Notes: generated by a model not told the origin, from the letters alone. DNA of 64,000 bases from Verrucomicrobiales bacterium (GCA_035513055.1 DATKCT010000149.1:63845-127844); one strand, 5' to 3'; counted from the first letter of the stretch, positions 37,785 to 47,285 are shown. Numbers and translations: made by a program.

Positions 37785-39035
37785 TCAGCCTTCGAAGCGC
37801 CGGCAGATGATGCTGGCGTTGTGTCCGCCGAATCCGAAGGAGTTGCTCAAAAACGAGTCCACGCGGGCTTCCCGGGCGGTGTTGGCCACGTAATCGAGGT
37901 CGCATTCGGGATCGGGATGATCGAGGTTGATCGTCGGCGGAATGAGGCTGTTGGTCAGCGCCAAAATACTGGCGGCGGCCTCGACGCCGCCGGCCGCTCC
38001 GAGGAGGTGGCCGGTCATGGATTTGGTGGAACTCACCAGAAGACCATTGCGCGCGTAGGTTCCAAAGGTGCGTTTGATGGCGTTGGTTTCGCAGCGGTCT
38101 CCGAGGGGCGTGGAGGTGCCGTGAGCGTTGACGTAGCCGATCGCGCTGGGATCGAGCTTGGCGTGACGCAGCGCCATTTCCATACACGCGCAAGCGCCGT
38201 TGCCGTCGGGGTGAGGCGAAGTCAAATGATAGGCGTCGGCGGAAAGCCCGTAGCCGGCGAACTCGCAATAGATCCGCGCTCCCCGCCGCAAGGCCTGCTC
38301 GAGTTCTTCCAACACGAGGATCCCGGCCCCTTCGCCCATAACAAAACCATCGCGATCGCGGTCAAAGGGGCGGGAGGCCTTTTCCGGTTCGTCATTGCGC
38401 GTGCTGAGCGCTCGCATGGAACTGAACCCGGCTAAAGAAATGGGGGCGACAGAGGCTTCGGCTCCGCCGGCGATGATGAGGTCGGCGTCTCCGGCCCGGA
38501 TCGTGCGCCAGGCTTCGCCAAGATTGTGGTTGGAACTGGCGCAGGCGGTGACGATGCAGAAGTTCGGGCCCTGGATTCCGTATTCCATCGAGACGATCCC
38601 GCTGGCGATGTTCCCGATCATCATGGGAATAATGAAGGGCGATACTTTGGCGGGACCGCGGGCGAGGAGGACGGCTTCCTGCGCTTCGAGGGTTTGAATC
38701 CCGCCGATACCGGTCCCGATCATGACGCCGCTTCGGGCCGGATCCAGCTTGGAGAAATCCACTCCCGAATCTCGGACCGCCATTTTCGCGGCGCCACAGG
38801 CGAGAACAGTGAAGCGGTCATTGCGCCGGACTTCCTTGGGATTGTTGAAAAACGGCGCAGGATCGAAGTCGGGCACGTGACCGGCGATCCGGCAGGGGTA
38901 AGCGGACACGTCGAACTGAGTGATCGGACGAATACCGCTTTTGCCCGCGACCAGATTGTTCCAGAAAGTCTCGAGATCGTTGCCGATCGGAGACATGACC
39001 CCAAGGCCGGTGACAACAACGCGTCGATTGCTCAT
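37785..39035 (-). CDS. fabF: 3-oxoacyl-ACP synthase II
   Basis: From the ATG at 39035: MSNRRVVVTGLGVMSPIGN. TACASS holds the active-site Cys. Also YVNAHGTSTPLGD and SNSFGFGGHNAS. Confidence 0.95.
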   Translation of the reverse strand: MSNRRVVVTGLGVMSPIGNDLETFWNNLVAGKSGIRPITQFDVSAYPCRIAGHVPDFDPAPFFNNPKEVRRNDRFTVLACGAAKMAVRDSGVDFSKLDPARSGVMIGTGIGGIQTLEAQEAVLLARGPAKVSPFIIPMMIGNIASGIVSMEYGIQGPNFCIVTACASSNHNLGEAWRTIRAGDADLIIAGGAEASVAPISLAGFSSMRALSTRNDEPEKASRPFDRDRDGFVMGEGAGILVLEELEQALRRGARIYCEFAGYGLSADAYHLTSPHPDGNGACACMEMALRHAKLDPSAIGYVNAHGTSTPLGDRCETNAIKRTFGTYARNGLLVSSTKSMTGHLLGAAGGVEAAASILALTNSLIPPTINLDHPDPECDLDYVANTAREARVDSFLSNSFGFGGHNASIICRRFEG

Positions 39036-39121
39036 GGTGTTTGCTGCGGGGTCCAGCCGAGGGCGGGGCGGAGCATACAAGCCGAGTTCAAATTGGCGCG
39101 CAACGAGAAAAGTGATGCAAT

Positions 39122-39358
39122 TCAGGCGGGAAAACGTCCCGCTTCGTTGAGCCGGCCGCAAGTGGGACATTCCGTTAGGCTGCTAGGAGCCAGCGCGGGG
39201 TGCGTTGTCCCGCAAAGAGGACAGACGGCGATCCGCCGGGCGCGGCGGCGGCGGCGAAACCAGGCCCTGGCACGAGGAGCGAGGCCGAGAATCGCTATCA
39301 CGGAGAACACGAGCGCGAGGTAGAACTCGACGATCTGGGAGAGACTGACCTGGAACAA
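39122..39358 (-). CDS. Small membrane protein with a C-terminal CPxC...CPxC zinc ribbon (hypothetical)
   Basis: 78 aa. TM helix IVEFYLALVFSVIAILGLA, an Arg-rich linker, then CPLCG...CPTCG. Follows the tonB-like gene on the same strand. Confidence 0.4.
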   Translation of the reverse strand: MFQVSLSQIVEFYLALVFSVIAILGLAPRARAWFRRRRRARRIAVCPLCGTTHPALAPSSLTECPTCGRLNEAGRFPA

Positions 39359-39385
39359 GGCCGGAGTGGCAGGTTGGAGGCGAGG

Positions 39386-40132
39386 TTACCAGGAAAGCCG
39401 GACCCAGCCCCAGCTCAATTCGGGGCCCTCGGGATCGGGAGAGAAGCGAATCGTTTGGACGTCCGGCGCAAACCCGGCGCCCGCGCCTTCCCAGGGAAAC
39501 GCAAAAAGGACGCGGCCGCTCCTGTCGACGGCGACCCGGAAAGTGGCTGGAGGAGTAAGACCGAGCGGATTCCCCGGGCGCTCGCGGACGGGGCGCTCGA
39601 GAATTCTCCGGCCAGTCAGTTCGCCGGAGACACGAAGCCGGGGGAAGGATGGGTCCTCCGCCGGGAGCGGCGCGGGTCCGGGATCGCCGGGTGGCGGGGG
39701 GGGGAGCACGGGCTCTCGACCGGCATAGGGAAGCTGGAGGGCGAGCGGATTAGGGGGCTCTTCGTAGGGAAGGAGGCGCAATCTGGACCCGGCGTTGCCT
39801 GGCTGAAACTCGAGGGCTCCAGCGGTTTCCAATAGTTCCCGCATATCGACTGCCGGATTCTCCAAACTCGAGGCGTAGACGGAGGCATAGTCGTCGAGAC
39901 TGCGCAGGAAGCTCTGCCCCGCTGGGTCCCTGGGAACGATCATGGATATCCGGTGTGCTGGAGGAATCTGTCCGGAGGGCGCACCCGGTCCGGTTTGGAA
40001 CACATAGAAAAAGGAGGCATGGAGAACCACCGTGGCGAAGGCGGCGGCCCATAGGAGTGGTGCGCGGCCTCGGGCGGGCTTCCAGGGGAAGAGAAAGGCC
40101 GGAGCGGTTCCGGGGCCCGGTGAGCGTTTCAT
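39386..40132 (-). CDS. TonB-like energy transducer (architecture-based call)
   Basis: The ATG at 40132 lies just after the exbD stop. N-terminal TM helix (LLWAAAFATVVLHASFFYVF), a Pro-rich spacer (PVLPPPPPGDPGPAPLP), and a C-terminal domain of about 80 aa. The C-terminal motif match is weak. Confidence 0.5.
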   Translation of the reverse strand: MKRSPGPGTAPAFLFPWKPARGRAPLLWAAAFATVVLHASFFYVFQTGPGAPSGQIPPAHRISMIVPRDPAGQSFLRSLDDYASVYASSLENPAVDMRELLETAGALEFQPGNAGSRLRLLPYEEPPNPLALQLPYAGREPVLPPPPPGDPGPAPLPAEDPSFPRLRVSGELTGRRILERPVRERPGNPLGLTPPATFRVAVDRSGRVLFAFPWEGAGAGFAPDVQTIRFSPDPEGPELSWGWVRLSW

Positions 40133-40145
40133 CGATTCGACCGGC

Positions 40146-40586
40146 TCAAGACGGGGGATGCTCCGGGCGAGTGGCAAACACGAGCCGGTGGCCTCCGGCA
40201 AGCACAGCCTCGGAGACCGCCATGACCGTCGCGATGGGCACAGCTTGGTCGGCACGCAGCAAATAGGTAATCGACCCGCCTCCAGTTGGGGATGCCGCCG
40301 CGAACGCCGCTTCCGCGGGGGAAACACGGCGCCGGAGCGCCTCGAGTGTGATCCGCTCCTGATCGAGGAATATCTGAGGGGAAGAGGAACCGGAGATGGT
40401 GATGATGTGGGCCCGGCCGAGCGCGGGCATGGCCGAACGGGTCACGGGAAGCTCGATGGCGACCCCGGACTGTTCCACGAAACGCGACCCGATGAGAAGG
40501 AAGACGGACAAGACGAGAATGGCGTCGAGGACCGGAGCGAGAAAGAGCAGGCCGTGCGGCTGGGGCAGGGAAGACTCCAGTTTCAT
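40146..40586 (-). CDS. exbD: Biopolymer transport protein ExbD/TolR
   Basis: 146 aa with a single N-terminal TM helix (LLFLAPVLDAILVLSVFLLI) and a periplasmic domain with LRADQAVPIATVMAVSEAV. Confidence 0.85.
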   Translation of the reverse strand: MKLESSLPQPHGLLFLAPVLDAILVLSVFLLIGSRFVEQSGVAIELPVTRSAMPALGRAHIITISGSSSPQIFLDQERITLEALRRRVSPAEAAFAAASPTGGGSITYLLRADQAVPIATVMAVSEAVLAGGHRLVFATRPEHPPS

Positions 40587-40624
40587 GGATGGAGACCGCG
40601 GAGCCAGGTCGGCAAAGAAAGCTC

Positions 40625-41299
40625 TCAGCGGGGCGGGGCCGTGGAGCCCTCGGACTCGAGGCGCGGCCTGAACTCAACGATATCGGTGCGCGCATCGCTG
40701 TCGCCCAGGAGGTGGATGATCTCGATGGCGGCGCGTTCGATGGAGTGCAGGATCGAGCGGGAGCGGGCGCTGAGGAAGGTGTAGACAAGGTAGGCCGGGA
40801 CGGCCACGGCGATCCCGCCTGCGGAAGTGAGCAGGCTGGTGTAGATCCCTTCGGCGAGGGAGGCCGAGGTGGAGAAGCCGCTGGCGGTTTGGAGTTCGTC
40901 GAAGGTGTCGAGCAGTCCGAGCAAGGTGCCCAGCAGTCCAATGAGAGGACTGAGGTAGGCAATTCCCAAAAGAATTCCAAGGGAACGCTCGAGAGCGGGC
41001 ACTTCGAGCTGGCCGGCTTCCCGCGCGATCTCCCGCAACTCGCTTCGCGGAAGGCGGTGCCGGGACAGGATCGTTTGAAGCACGCGGGCTACCGGGCCGG
41101 GGGTCAGGGAGCAATGCTGAAGGGCCTCGGCGTAGTTGCGTTGACGAAGGAGATTGGCAAGACCCTCCAGGAACGGTCCGAGATCGAGGGAAGCTCGCCG
41201 GAAAAACAGCAGACGTTCGACAAAAATGCCGCCGGTCAGGAGGCTCAGGCCCAGCAGCAACCACATCAGGTTTCCGCCCTTGTCGATGAGGTCGAACAT
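40625..41299 (-). CDS. exbB: MotA/TolQ/ExbB proton channel
   Basis: GGNLMWLLLGLSLLTGGIFVER...LGILLGIAYLSPLIGLLGTLLGLLDTF...GIYTSLLTSAGGIAVAVPAYLVY. Confidence 0.9.
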   Translation of the reverse strand: MFDLIDKGGNLMWLLLGLSLLTGGIFVERLLFFRRASLDLGPFLEGLANLLRQRNYAEALQHCSLTPGPVARVLQTILSRHRLPRSELREIAREAGQLEVPALERSLGILLGIAYLSPLIGLLGTLLGLLDTFDELQTASGFSTSASLAEGIYTSLLTSAGGIAVAVPAYLVYTFLSARSRSILHSIERAAIEIIHLLGDSDARTDIVEFRPRLESEGSTAPPR

Positions 41300-41506
41300 A
41301 GTGCGTAAGACGGCGGCGCCTGGCGAGATCCCGGATTGGATCCCCTGGGAACCGGATTACCCAGGCCTCCGCGCTTGCCGGTGAGAATAGAAGGCGCCTT
41401 TCCCGGAGGCAAAGAAAAACTCCGGGAAGAGCGGCGAGAGGAGTTTTGGGCTTTTCTCCAGGAGCGGATGGGTTACCGGTGCAAATCGGAGTGCGGAGGA
41501 CAGGTC

Positions 41507-42001
41507 ATGAGTGGAACGGGTCCGTCATCGGTTTTGATTGTGAATGCCGGGGAACTTCCCCGCGAAGGACGGCGTCTGCATGGGGAGATCGACCGGGAAG
41601 TTTTCGATCTGCCCGACCGCCTCGCACTTCCGGCGTCGGGCATTCGGTACGATTTGCTCGCCTTGCGGATTGGGGAGGAGGTGCTCGTGCGAGGCTCGAT
41701 CGAGGCGGATTTCGACCTCCAATGTGTGGTGACTTTGGACTATTTTCCCCACCGCGTCAGGCTCGATCCCTATGTGGAAGCTTTCGAACTGGGCCCCGAC
41801 GAACGCGTAGACTTGACGGGAAGGTTGCGAGAAGATATTCTCCTCGCCCTTCCGGCGTATCCGCGCAGGGAGGGAGCGGAGAGCTTGCTGGAAACGGAAA
41901 GACGGCAACAGGGCGGCGAAAACCGTGACGCACCTGGCGCCAGTCCGGTCTGGGATGTTCTCGACGCGTTGGATTCCGGAGAACAATCTGAGACTCGCTG
42001 A
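41507..42001 (+). CDS. yceD: YceD/DUF177 family protein (23S rRNA accumulation protein)
   Basis: Sits immediately upstream of rpmF. LREDILLALPAYPRRE is a typical C-terminal motif. I take the start at the ATG at 41507. Confidence 0.75.
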   Translation: MSGTGPSSVLIVNAGELPREGRRLHGEIDREVFDLPDRLALPASGIRYDLLALRIGEEVLVRGSIEADFDLQCVVTLDYFPHRVRLDPYVEAFELGPDERVDLTGRLREDILLALPAYPRREGAESLLETERRQQGGENRDAPGASPVWDVLDALDSGEQSETR

Positions 42002-42004
42002 GCT

Positions 42005-42187
42005 ATGGCCGTACCCAAAAGACGAACTTCCAAGATGAAAAGTCGCCACCGTCGCGCGGCGAACCGCTGGTCGCCGCCGGCGATGAAGCATTGCCCGGAG
42101 TGCCATGCGGCGGTCCTTTCGCACATCGTCTGCCCGCACTGCGGCTTTTATCGCGGCAGGCAGGTCTTGTCCGTCGAACGGGACTGA
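42005..42187 (+). CDS. rpmF: 50S ribosomal protein L32
   Basis: MAVPKRRTSKMKSRHRRAA...CPECHAAVLSHIVCPHCGFYRGRQV. Confidence 0.95.
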   Translation: MAVPKRRTSKMKSRHRRAANRWSPPAMKHCPECHAAVLSHIVCPHCGFYRGRQVLSVERD

Positions 42188-42258
42188 CCGGGGATTTCGT
42201 GACGATTTCGGGTCCGGTCGCCAATGCGGCCGGAGAGCCCGATAGGTGAATTGAGCCT

Positions 42259-43278
42259 TTGGCGCGAATGAGAATCGCCGTGGATGCCATGGGCGGCGAT
42301 AACGCGCCCGGCTGCGTGATCGAGGGTGTCCGGCTGGCCCTGGATTCCGTCGGCGGCCTCGAGCGAATCTATCTTGCCGGAGACGAGCCGCGGCTGCGAG
42401 CAGCGGTGCAGGACGCCGGTTTAACCGCGGACCGCGTCGAGATCGTCCACGCTCCCGAGGTGGTGGAGATGGGTGAGCCGCCGGCCTCGGCGGTGCGCCG
42501 CAAGAAGCGATCCTCGATCGCGGTGAGCGTTGACTTGGTCAAACAAGGAATCTGCCAAGCGGTGGTCAGTGCGGGCAACACCGGAGCAGCCGTCGCCGCG
42601 ACAACGATCAAACTGCGCCTCCTTCCGGGGATTGACCGGCCTGGCATCGCCTCGCCCATTCCCAACGACCACGGAATGTGCAGCCTCATCGACGCCGGAG
42701 CGAATCCCGACCCCAAACCGCATCATCTCTTGGCCTACGGGGTGATGGGCGCCGTCTATGCCCGGCATGTGCTCGGCGTCGCCAATCCGCGGATCGGCCT
42801 GATGTCGTTGGGCGAAGAGGACTCCAAAGGCACCGATTTCACCAAAGAAGTCTTCCGGCTCCTGCGCACCAGTGGGCTCAACTTCGTCGGAAACGTCGAA
42901 GGACACGATTTGTTCGAAAGTCCGTTGGACGTGGTGTTGTGCGACGGCTTCATCGGAAACGTGGTCCTCAAGAGCTGCGAGGCGACCGCCCACGCCATGT
43001 TCAAGTGGCTGAAACAGGAACTGACCAAAACACCGGTCCGCCACTTTGGAGCCTTCCTCGCCCGCAATGCCTTTGCCGGGGTCAAAGAACGCGTGAACTA
43101 TGAAAACTACGGCGGCAGCCCGCTCCTCGGAGTCAACGGCATTTGCATCATCGGTCACGGTTCCAGTTCGGCGAAAGCGATTCAGAACGCCGTGCGGGTG
43201 GCTGCCGAGGCCATCGCCCACGAGGTCAATCCACACATTGTCGAAGAGTTGCAACGGCTCGGCGCGACCCATGCCTAA
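42259..43278 (+). CDS. plsX: Phosphate acyltransferase PlsX
   Basis: RIAVDAMGGDNAP, VSAGNTGA, LLGVNGICIIGHGSS, and the conserved rpmF-plsX-fabH order. Confidence 0.95.
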   Translation: MARMRIAVDAMGGDNAPGCVIEGVRLALDSVGGLERIYLAGDEPRLRAAVQDAGLTADRVEIVHAPEVVEMGEPPASAVRRKKRSSIAVSVDLVKQGICQAVVSAGNTGAAVAATTIKLRLLPGIDRPGIASPIPNDHGMCSLIDAGANPDPKPHHLLAYGVMGAVYARHVLGVANPRIGLMSLGEEDSKGTDFTKEVFRLLRTSGLNFVGNVEGHDLFESPLDVVLCDGFIGNVVLKSCEATAHAMFKWLKQELTKTPVRHFGAFLARNAFAGVKERVNYENYGGSPLLGVNGICIIGHGSSSAKAIQNAVRVAAEAIAHEVNPHIVEELQRLGATHA

Positions 43279-44284
43279 GATCAGCAACAACCCCCATTTA
43301 GAAACGGTGGTGATCGCCGGCACCGGCAGTTATGTGCCGGACCGGATCTTGACCAACGACGATCTGGCGCGGATGGTCGATACCTCGGATGAATGGATCC
43401 AGTCACGCACCGGAATCCGGGAGCGGCGCATCGCGGCGGACAACCAGGCCACCAGCGACCTGGCCACCCGGGCCGCGGAGCGCGCCCTCGAGCAGGCGGG
43501 CGTCCGGCCCGAAGAACTCGGCCTGCTGATCGTCGCCACCGTTTCCCCCGACACGTTCTTTCCGGCGACCGCCTGTTACGTGCAGAAAAACCTCGGGGCG
43601 ACAAACGCGGTTTGTTTCGACGTCTCGGCCGCCTGTTCCGGATTCCTTTACGCGCTCAACATCGCCCGCCAATTCATCAGCACGGAATCTTGCGAAGCGG
43701 CATTGATTGTCGGAGCCGAAAAGCTCAGCAGTATCGTGAATTGGAGCGACCGAAACACTTGCGTTCTCTTCGGGGATGGAGCCGGCGCGGCGGTGCTCAA
43801 GCGGGCAGCCTCCGGATCCGGACATGGCGTCCTCTCCTCGTGCATGGGCAGCGACGGAACTCAGACCGATATTTTGGTCGTGCCAGGAGGAGGTTCGGCC
43901 TGCCCCATCACGCCCGAGAACGCGGCGTTGAGGCTCAATACGATCCGCATGGCCGGCCGCGAAGTTTACAAATACGCAGTCACGGCCATGCGCCGGGCCT
44001 GCGAACAAGTCATGGCCGACGCCGGACTCACCGCTGAGCAGATCGACATGGTCATCCCGCATCAGGCCAACATCCGGATCATCGAAGCCATCACCGAGCG
44101 CCTGGGCGTTCCGCCGGAGAGAACTTTTGTGAATCTGGATCGCTACGGAAACACCTCCGCCGCGGCTGTGGCGATCGCGCTGGACGAGGCCAACCGCACG
44201 GGGGCGATCCGGCGAGGCGATCATGTCCTGCTGGTGGCGTTTGGAGCTGGATTGACTTGGGCCGGAGCGGTGATCCGGTGGTGA
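43271..44284 (+). CDS. fabH: 3-oxoacyl-ACP synthase III
   Basis: The ATG at 43271 overlaps the plsX end. SDEWIQSRTGIRERR, AACSGFLYAL (active-site Cys), HQANIRI, and GNTSAAAV...FGAGLTWG-like C-terminus. Confidence 0.95.
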   Translation: MPKISNNPHLETVVIAGTGSYVPDRILTNDDLARMVDTSDEWIQSRTGIRERRIAADNQATSDLATRAAERALEQAGVRPEELGLLIVATVSPDTFFPATACYVQKNLGATNAVCFDVSAACSGFLYALNIARQFISTESCEAALIVGAEKLSSIVNWSDRNTCVLFGDGAGAAVLKRAASGSGHGVLSSCMGSDGTQTDILVVPGGGSACPITPENAALRLNTIRMAGREVYKYAVTAMRRACEQVMADAGLTAEQIDMVIPHQANIRIIEAITERLGVPPERTFVNLDRYGNTSAAAVAIALDEANRTGAIRRGDHVLLVAFGAGLTWAGAVIRW

Positions 44285-44318
44285 GCATCTGCGCTGCGAA
44301 TAGATTGCTGTCAGGAAC

Positions 44319-45113
44319 GTGCTGACCGACACGCATTGCCATCTCGCCTCCCGCAAGTTTGCCGGAGACCTCGAGGAAGTCTTGAAGCGCGCCTCCTTGC
44401 GGGGGGTCTCCCGCCTCGTGGCGATCGGCACAGATCTTCAAGACGGACCAGCGGTCGTGCAGTTGGCGAGTTGTCATCCCGGAACCGTGTTTGCGACCGT
44501 GGGAATCCATCCTGGTTCGGTAACGGAAATCGATCTCCAGTCAGCCTGGCTGGACCGGATCGCAGAACTCGCCGAGGCGCCACAAGTGTGCGCCATTGGC
44601 GAGATCGGCCTCGATTTCTTTCATCCGCCGCCCGAGGGATGGTCTCGCGAAGACCATCGCGCCGCGCAGAGGGAAGTGTTCCGCCTTCAGCTCGAACTGG
44701 CCGCTAACCGCGGGTTCAACGTGGTGGTGCACCAGCGGAATTCCTGGGACGAAACCCACGCCTTAGTCCGTGAGTTCGACGGCCGGCTGCGGGCCGTGTT
44801 TCATTGTTTCACGGAGACCGCGATCGAAGCGGATGCCGTGTTCACAGCCGGGCACTTGGTGTCCTTCACCGGCATGACCACCTTTCGAAGCAACGCCGGT
44901 CTTCTGGCCCTGGCGGGTTCCCGGCCGGCGGGAAGCTATATGGTCGAGACCGACGCGCCCTATCTCGCTCCCGAGCCCTACCGGGGAAAGCGTTGTGAGC
45001 CGGCTTTCGTCCGCGAAACAGCGGAAGCCATTGCCGCGGCGCGAAACGAGACCCTGGAACAAGTCGCAGAAGAGACGACTCGCACCGCGGAAGACTTTTT
45101 CCGTTTCGGCTAA
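44319..45113 (+). CDS. TatD-family metal-dependent hydrolase/DNase
   Basis: LTDTHCHL, AIGEIGLDF, VVHQRNS, FHCF and ETDAPYLAP. The start codon is GTG. Confidence 0.9.
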   Translation: MLTDTHCHLASRKFAGDLEEVLKRASLRGVSRLVAIGTDLQDGPAVVQLASCHPGTVFATVGIHPGSVTEIDLQSAWLDRIAELAEAPQVCAIGEIGLDFFHPPPEGWSREDHRAAQREVFRLQLELAANRGFNVVVHQRNSWDETHALVREFDGRLRAVFHCFTETAIEADAVFTAGHLVSFTGMTTFRSNAGLLALAGSRPAGSYMVETDAPYLAPEPYRGKRCEPAFVRETAEAIAAARNETLEQVAEETTRTAEDFFRFG

Positions 45114-45150
45114 AGCTCTCCGGAAAAAACAAGGGAGCGGGCCTTCGCCT

Positions 45151-45405
45151 TCAACGGATGCGGTGGCTCTGGGTCTTCCGAAAGTCCGTCGCCTCCTCGA
45201 GATCGCCTACGTTGGCCATTTTTCGCATCAACACCGTTGTCAGCACCATCCCGGCAATGAGAGCGAGCAGGATGAAGAGAAGCCGCCAACGCCGGCCCGG
45301 ATCCGGGAACTCGAGCGTGTGAGGGCCGTGCTTTCCTCGGCGTGAGCGGCGGCGTGAAGCGGAAGAAAACATGATCGAGAGGACCCAAAAATGTGAGCCA
45401 ATCAT
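45151..45405 (-). CDS. Possible small membrane protein translationally coupled to the DAACS transporter
   Basis: The ATG at 45405 overlaps the transporter stop as ATGA. An Arg-rich N-terminus is followed by one TM helix (WRLLFILLALIAGMVLTTVLM). No recognisable family, so coding status is uncertain. Confidence 0.35.
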   Translation of the reverse strand: MIGSHFWVLSIMFSSASRRRSRRGKHGPHTLEFPDPGRRWRLLFILLALIAGMVLTTVLMRKMANVGDLEEATDFRKTQSHRIR

Positions 45406-46751
45406 GCTTCCTCGGTTTTGGCAAGCACCCCGTCCTCGCCTTCGGTCCGGGCGATGATGACGGCCCCACAGGAATCGCTGAAGACGTTGACGGCGGTGCG
45501 GAACATATCCAGGGGACGGTCCACGGCGAACAGCAGGGCTACCGCCGGGGCTACAGCGGCCGGCGGTATGACCGGGACGTTGCCCAGAATGATGAGGATG
45601 GCCACGAGACTGGCCGAAGGAATGCCCGCCACTCCAATGCTGGTGAGCAACGCCAGGGTCACCACGACAAACTGTTGGGAGAACGGAAGATCGACGCCGA
45701 GGACTTGGGCGATGAAGATCACCGCAACACACTCATAAAGGGCTGTGCCGTCCATATTCACCGTGGCCCCGAGGGGAACAACGAAGGAGGAAACCCGGTT
45801 GGAAACGCCCGCATCCCGAACCCCGCGAAGGGTGACGGGCAGGGTCGCCGCGGATGAGGCCGTGGAAAAAGCGGTGAGCATGGCCGTGCGCATGGCCGCG
45901 AAATGACGCCAAGGGTTGACCCCGCCAATGAGGCGAAGCAGCAAGGGCAGGACGACCAACAGATGGAAAGACAGGGCGAATGCGACCGTGAGAAAGTAAA
46001 CCAGCAGTGTGCCGAACAAGCGACGCAATCCAACTTCGGCGACCTGGGGAAGCACAAGCGCGAACACACCGAGGGGAGCAAAGAGCATGATCCAGCGGGT
46101 GATAAGGATCATGACTTCACTGACAGCTTGGAAGAAGGTCAGCAAGGTGTCTTGCAATGAACCGGCGAGCCGGGTCATAGCCAGGCCGAAGAGAATCGAG
46201 AAGAAGATCAGCCCCAGCATTTGGCTGTTGTCAGATGCGTTGGCGACGATGTTCGTGGGAATCATCCGCCGAAAGACGTCCATCGCGTCTCCCGCGTCCC
46301 TTGCTTCGGCGGAAGCCAGATCGGTTTGCCGTTCAGGATCCGCTCCGGCCGCGAGTTTGGCGCCCTCGGCTTCGATCAAGTCCGCAATGGAGTCGCTAGG
46401 CGCGCCGTCCTCGAGACCAGGCTTCAAGGTGTTGACCAGGAGCAGTCCGGTCAGGATTGCCAAAACACTGCTGCAGGTGAAATAGACGACGGTTTTCAGG
46501 CCGAGCCGGCCAAATCCCTCTACCCGGCCAAGGCCAGCTACTCCCGTAACGATCGACGCCGTAATGAGAGGCACGATCACCATCTTCAAGGCGTTGAGGA
46601 ACAGATCGCCAATGAAGCCGCAGGTTTGGATCAGGCCCGCGATCCAGCCGGGCATTTCCGCCGCGGGGTCCGCGGGAAGAGCCATATTCAAGGCCGTGCC
46701 AAGAAGGACCGCGGCCAAGAGACCGGTGAGGATTTGCCAATGCGCCTTCAC
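45402..46751 (-). CDS. Dicarboxylate/amino acid:cation symporter (DAACS family)
   Basis: LFLNALKMVIVPLITASIV, AFSTASSAATLPVT, VNMDGTALYE and GIPSASLV are hallmark DAACS blocks. The start is GTG. An in-frame stop five codons upstream fixes the start position. Confidence 0.9.
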   Translation of the reverse strand: MKAHWQILTGLLAAVLLGTALNMALPADPAAEMPGWIAGLIQTCGFIGDLFLNALKMVIVPLITASIVTGVAGLGRVEGFGRLGLKTVVYFTCSSVLAILTGLLLVNTLKPGLEDGAPSDSIADLIEAEGAKLAAGADPERQTDLASAEARDAGDAMDVFRRMIPTNIVANASDNSQMLGLIFFSILFGLAMTRLAGSLQDTLLTFFQAVSEVMILITRWIMLFAPLGVFALVLPQVAEVGLRRLFGTLLVYFLTVAFALSFHLLVVLPLLLRLIGGVNPWRHFAAMRTAMLTAFSTASSAATLPVTLRGVRDAGVSNRVSSFVVPLGATVNMDGTALYECVAVIFIAQVLGVDLPFSQQFVVVTLALLTSIGVAGIPSASLVAILIILGNVPVIPPAAVAPAVALLFAVDRPLDMFRTAVNVFSDSCGAVIIARTEGEDGVLAKTEEA

Positions 46752-46757
46752 TGCAAG

Positions 46758-47014
46758 ACGAGCCTAGCCCGCATTTCTCATAACGTTTCGTCGCGAGGCG
46801 CTGCGAATTGTTTACTGCCAGACGAGCGAAGCGAGACAGCCAGCCCCCTGGTCTGCCCGAAGGGCGGAGCGCAGCGACGCCAACGCCGCGCGCAGCCGAG
46901 GGCGCCAAGCTGGGTGAGTACACCCTGTTCAAGCCCGAGGCAAGCGGAACGAATGCAGGATGGGGTGCAGCGCGCCACAGCAGAAAGGGTATGAGAAATG
47001 TGGGCTAGGTTCGT
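46758..47014 (-). repeat. TIR-bounded GC-rich repeat element, long copy (MITE-like or cis-RNA-like)
   Basis: Termini are acgagcctagcccgcatttctcat (46758-46781) and atgagaaatgtgggctaggttcgt (46991-47014). These are inverted repeats with 22 of 24 positions matching by eye. The reverse complement aligns closely with 58181-58349, apart from a 79-nt insertion at 46808-46886. Confidence 0.7.
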
Positions 47015-47285
47015 GTTTGCAAAATACGTAGACAAAACAGGCGTTGTGATTCTTAGAAAACTTGCTCGCAGCAATCGATGTTTTTTTAGAATCGCGGCCC
47101 CTCTTTTCCCATTTCTGCGCTCCTCGGTCGCTGAACTCCCTCAACTCCCTCCTCGCGCCTTGAGCTGGAAAGAGATTGCTCGCGAGTCTTGCCCACCTGT
47201 TTCGCAAACGCCACACTAGCCGCCTGGAAAGCTGCGGAAAGGGAAAACGTTGCGCCCCGAGACAAGCGGTGCAGGTTCCGGCCTC

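Noticed and set aside
43403-44431. 342-aa minus-strand ORF
   Set aside because: It is antisense to fabH. The plus-strand ORF 43393-44037 in the same region is an alternative frame of the same gene.
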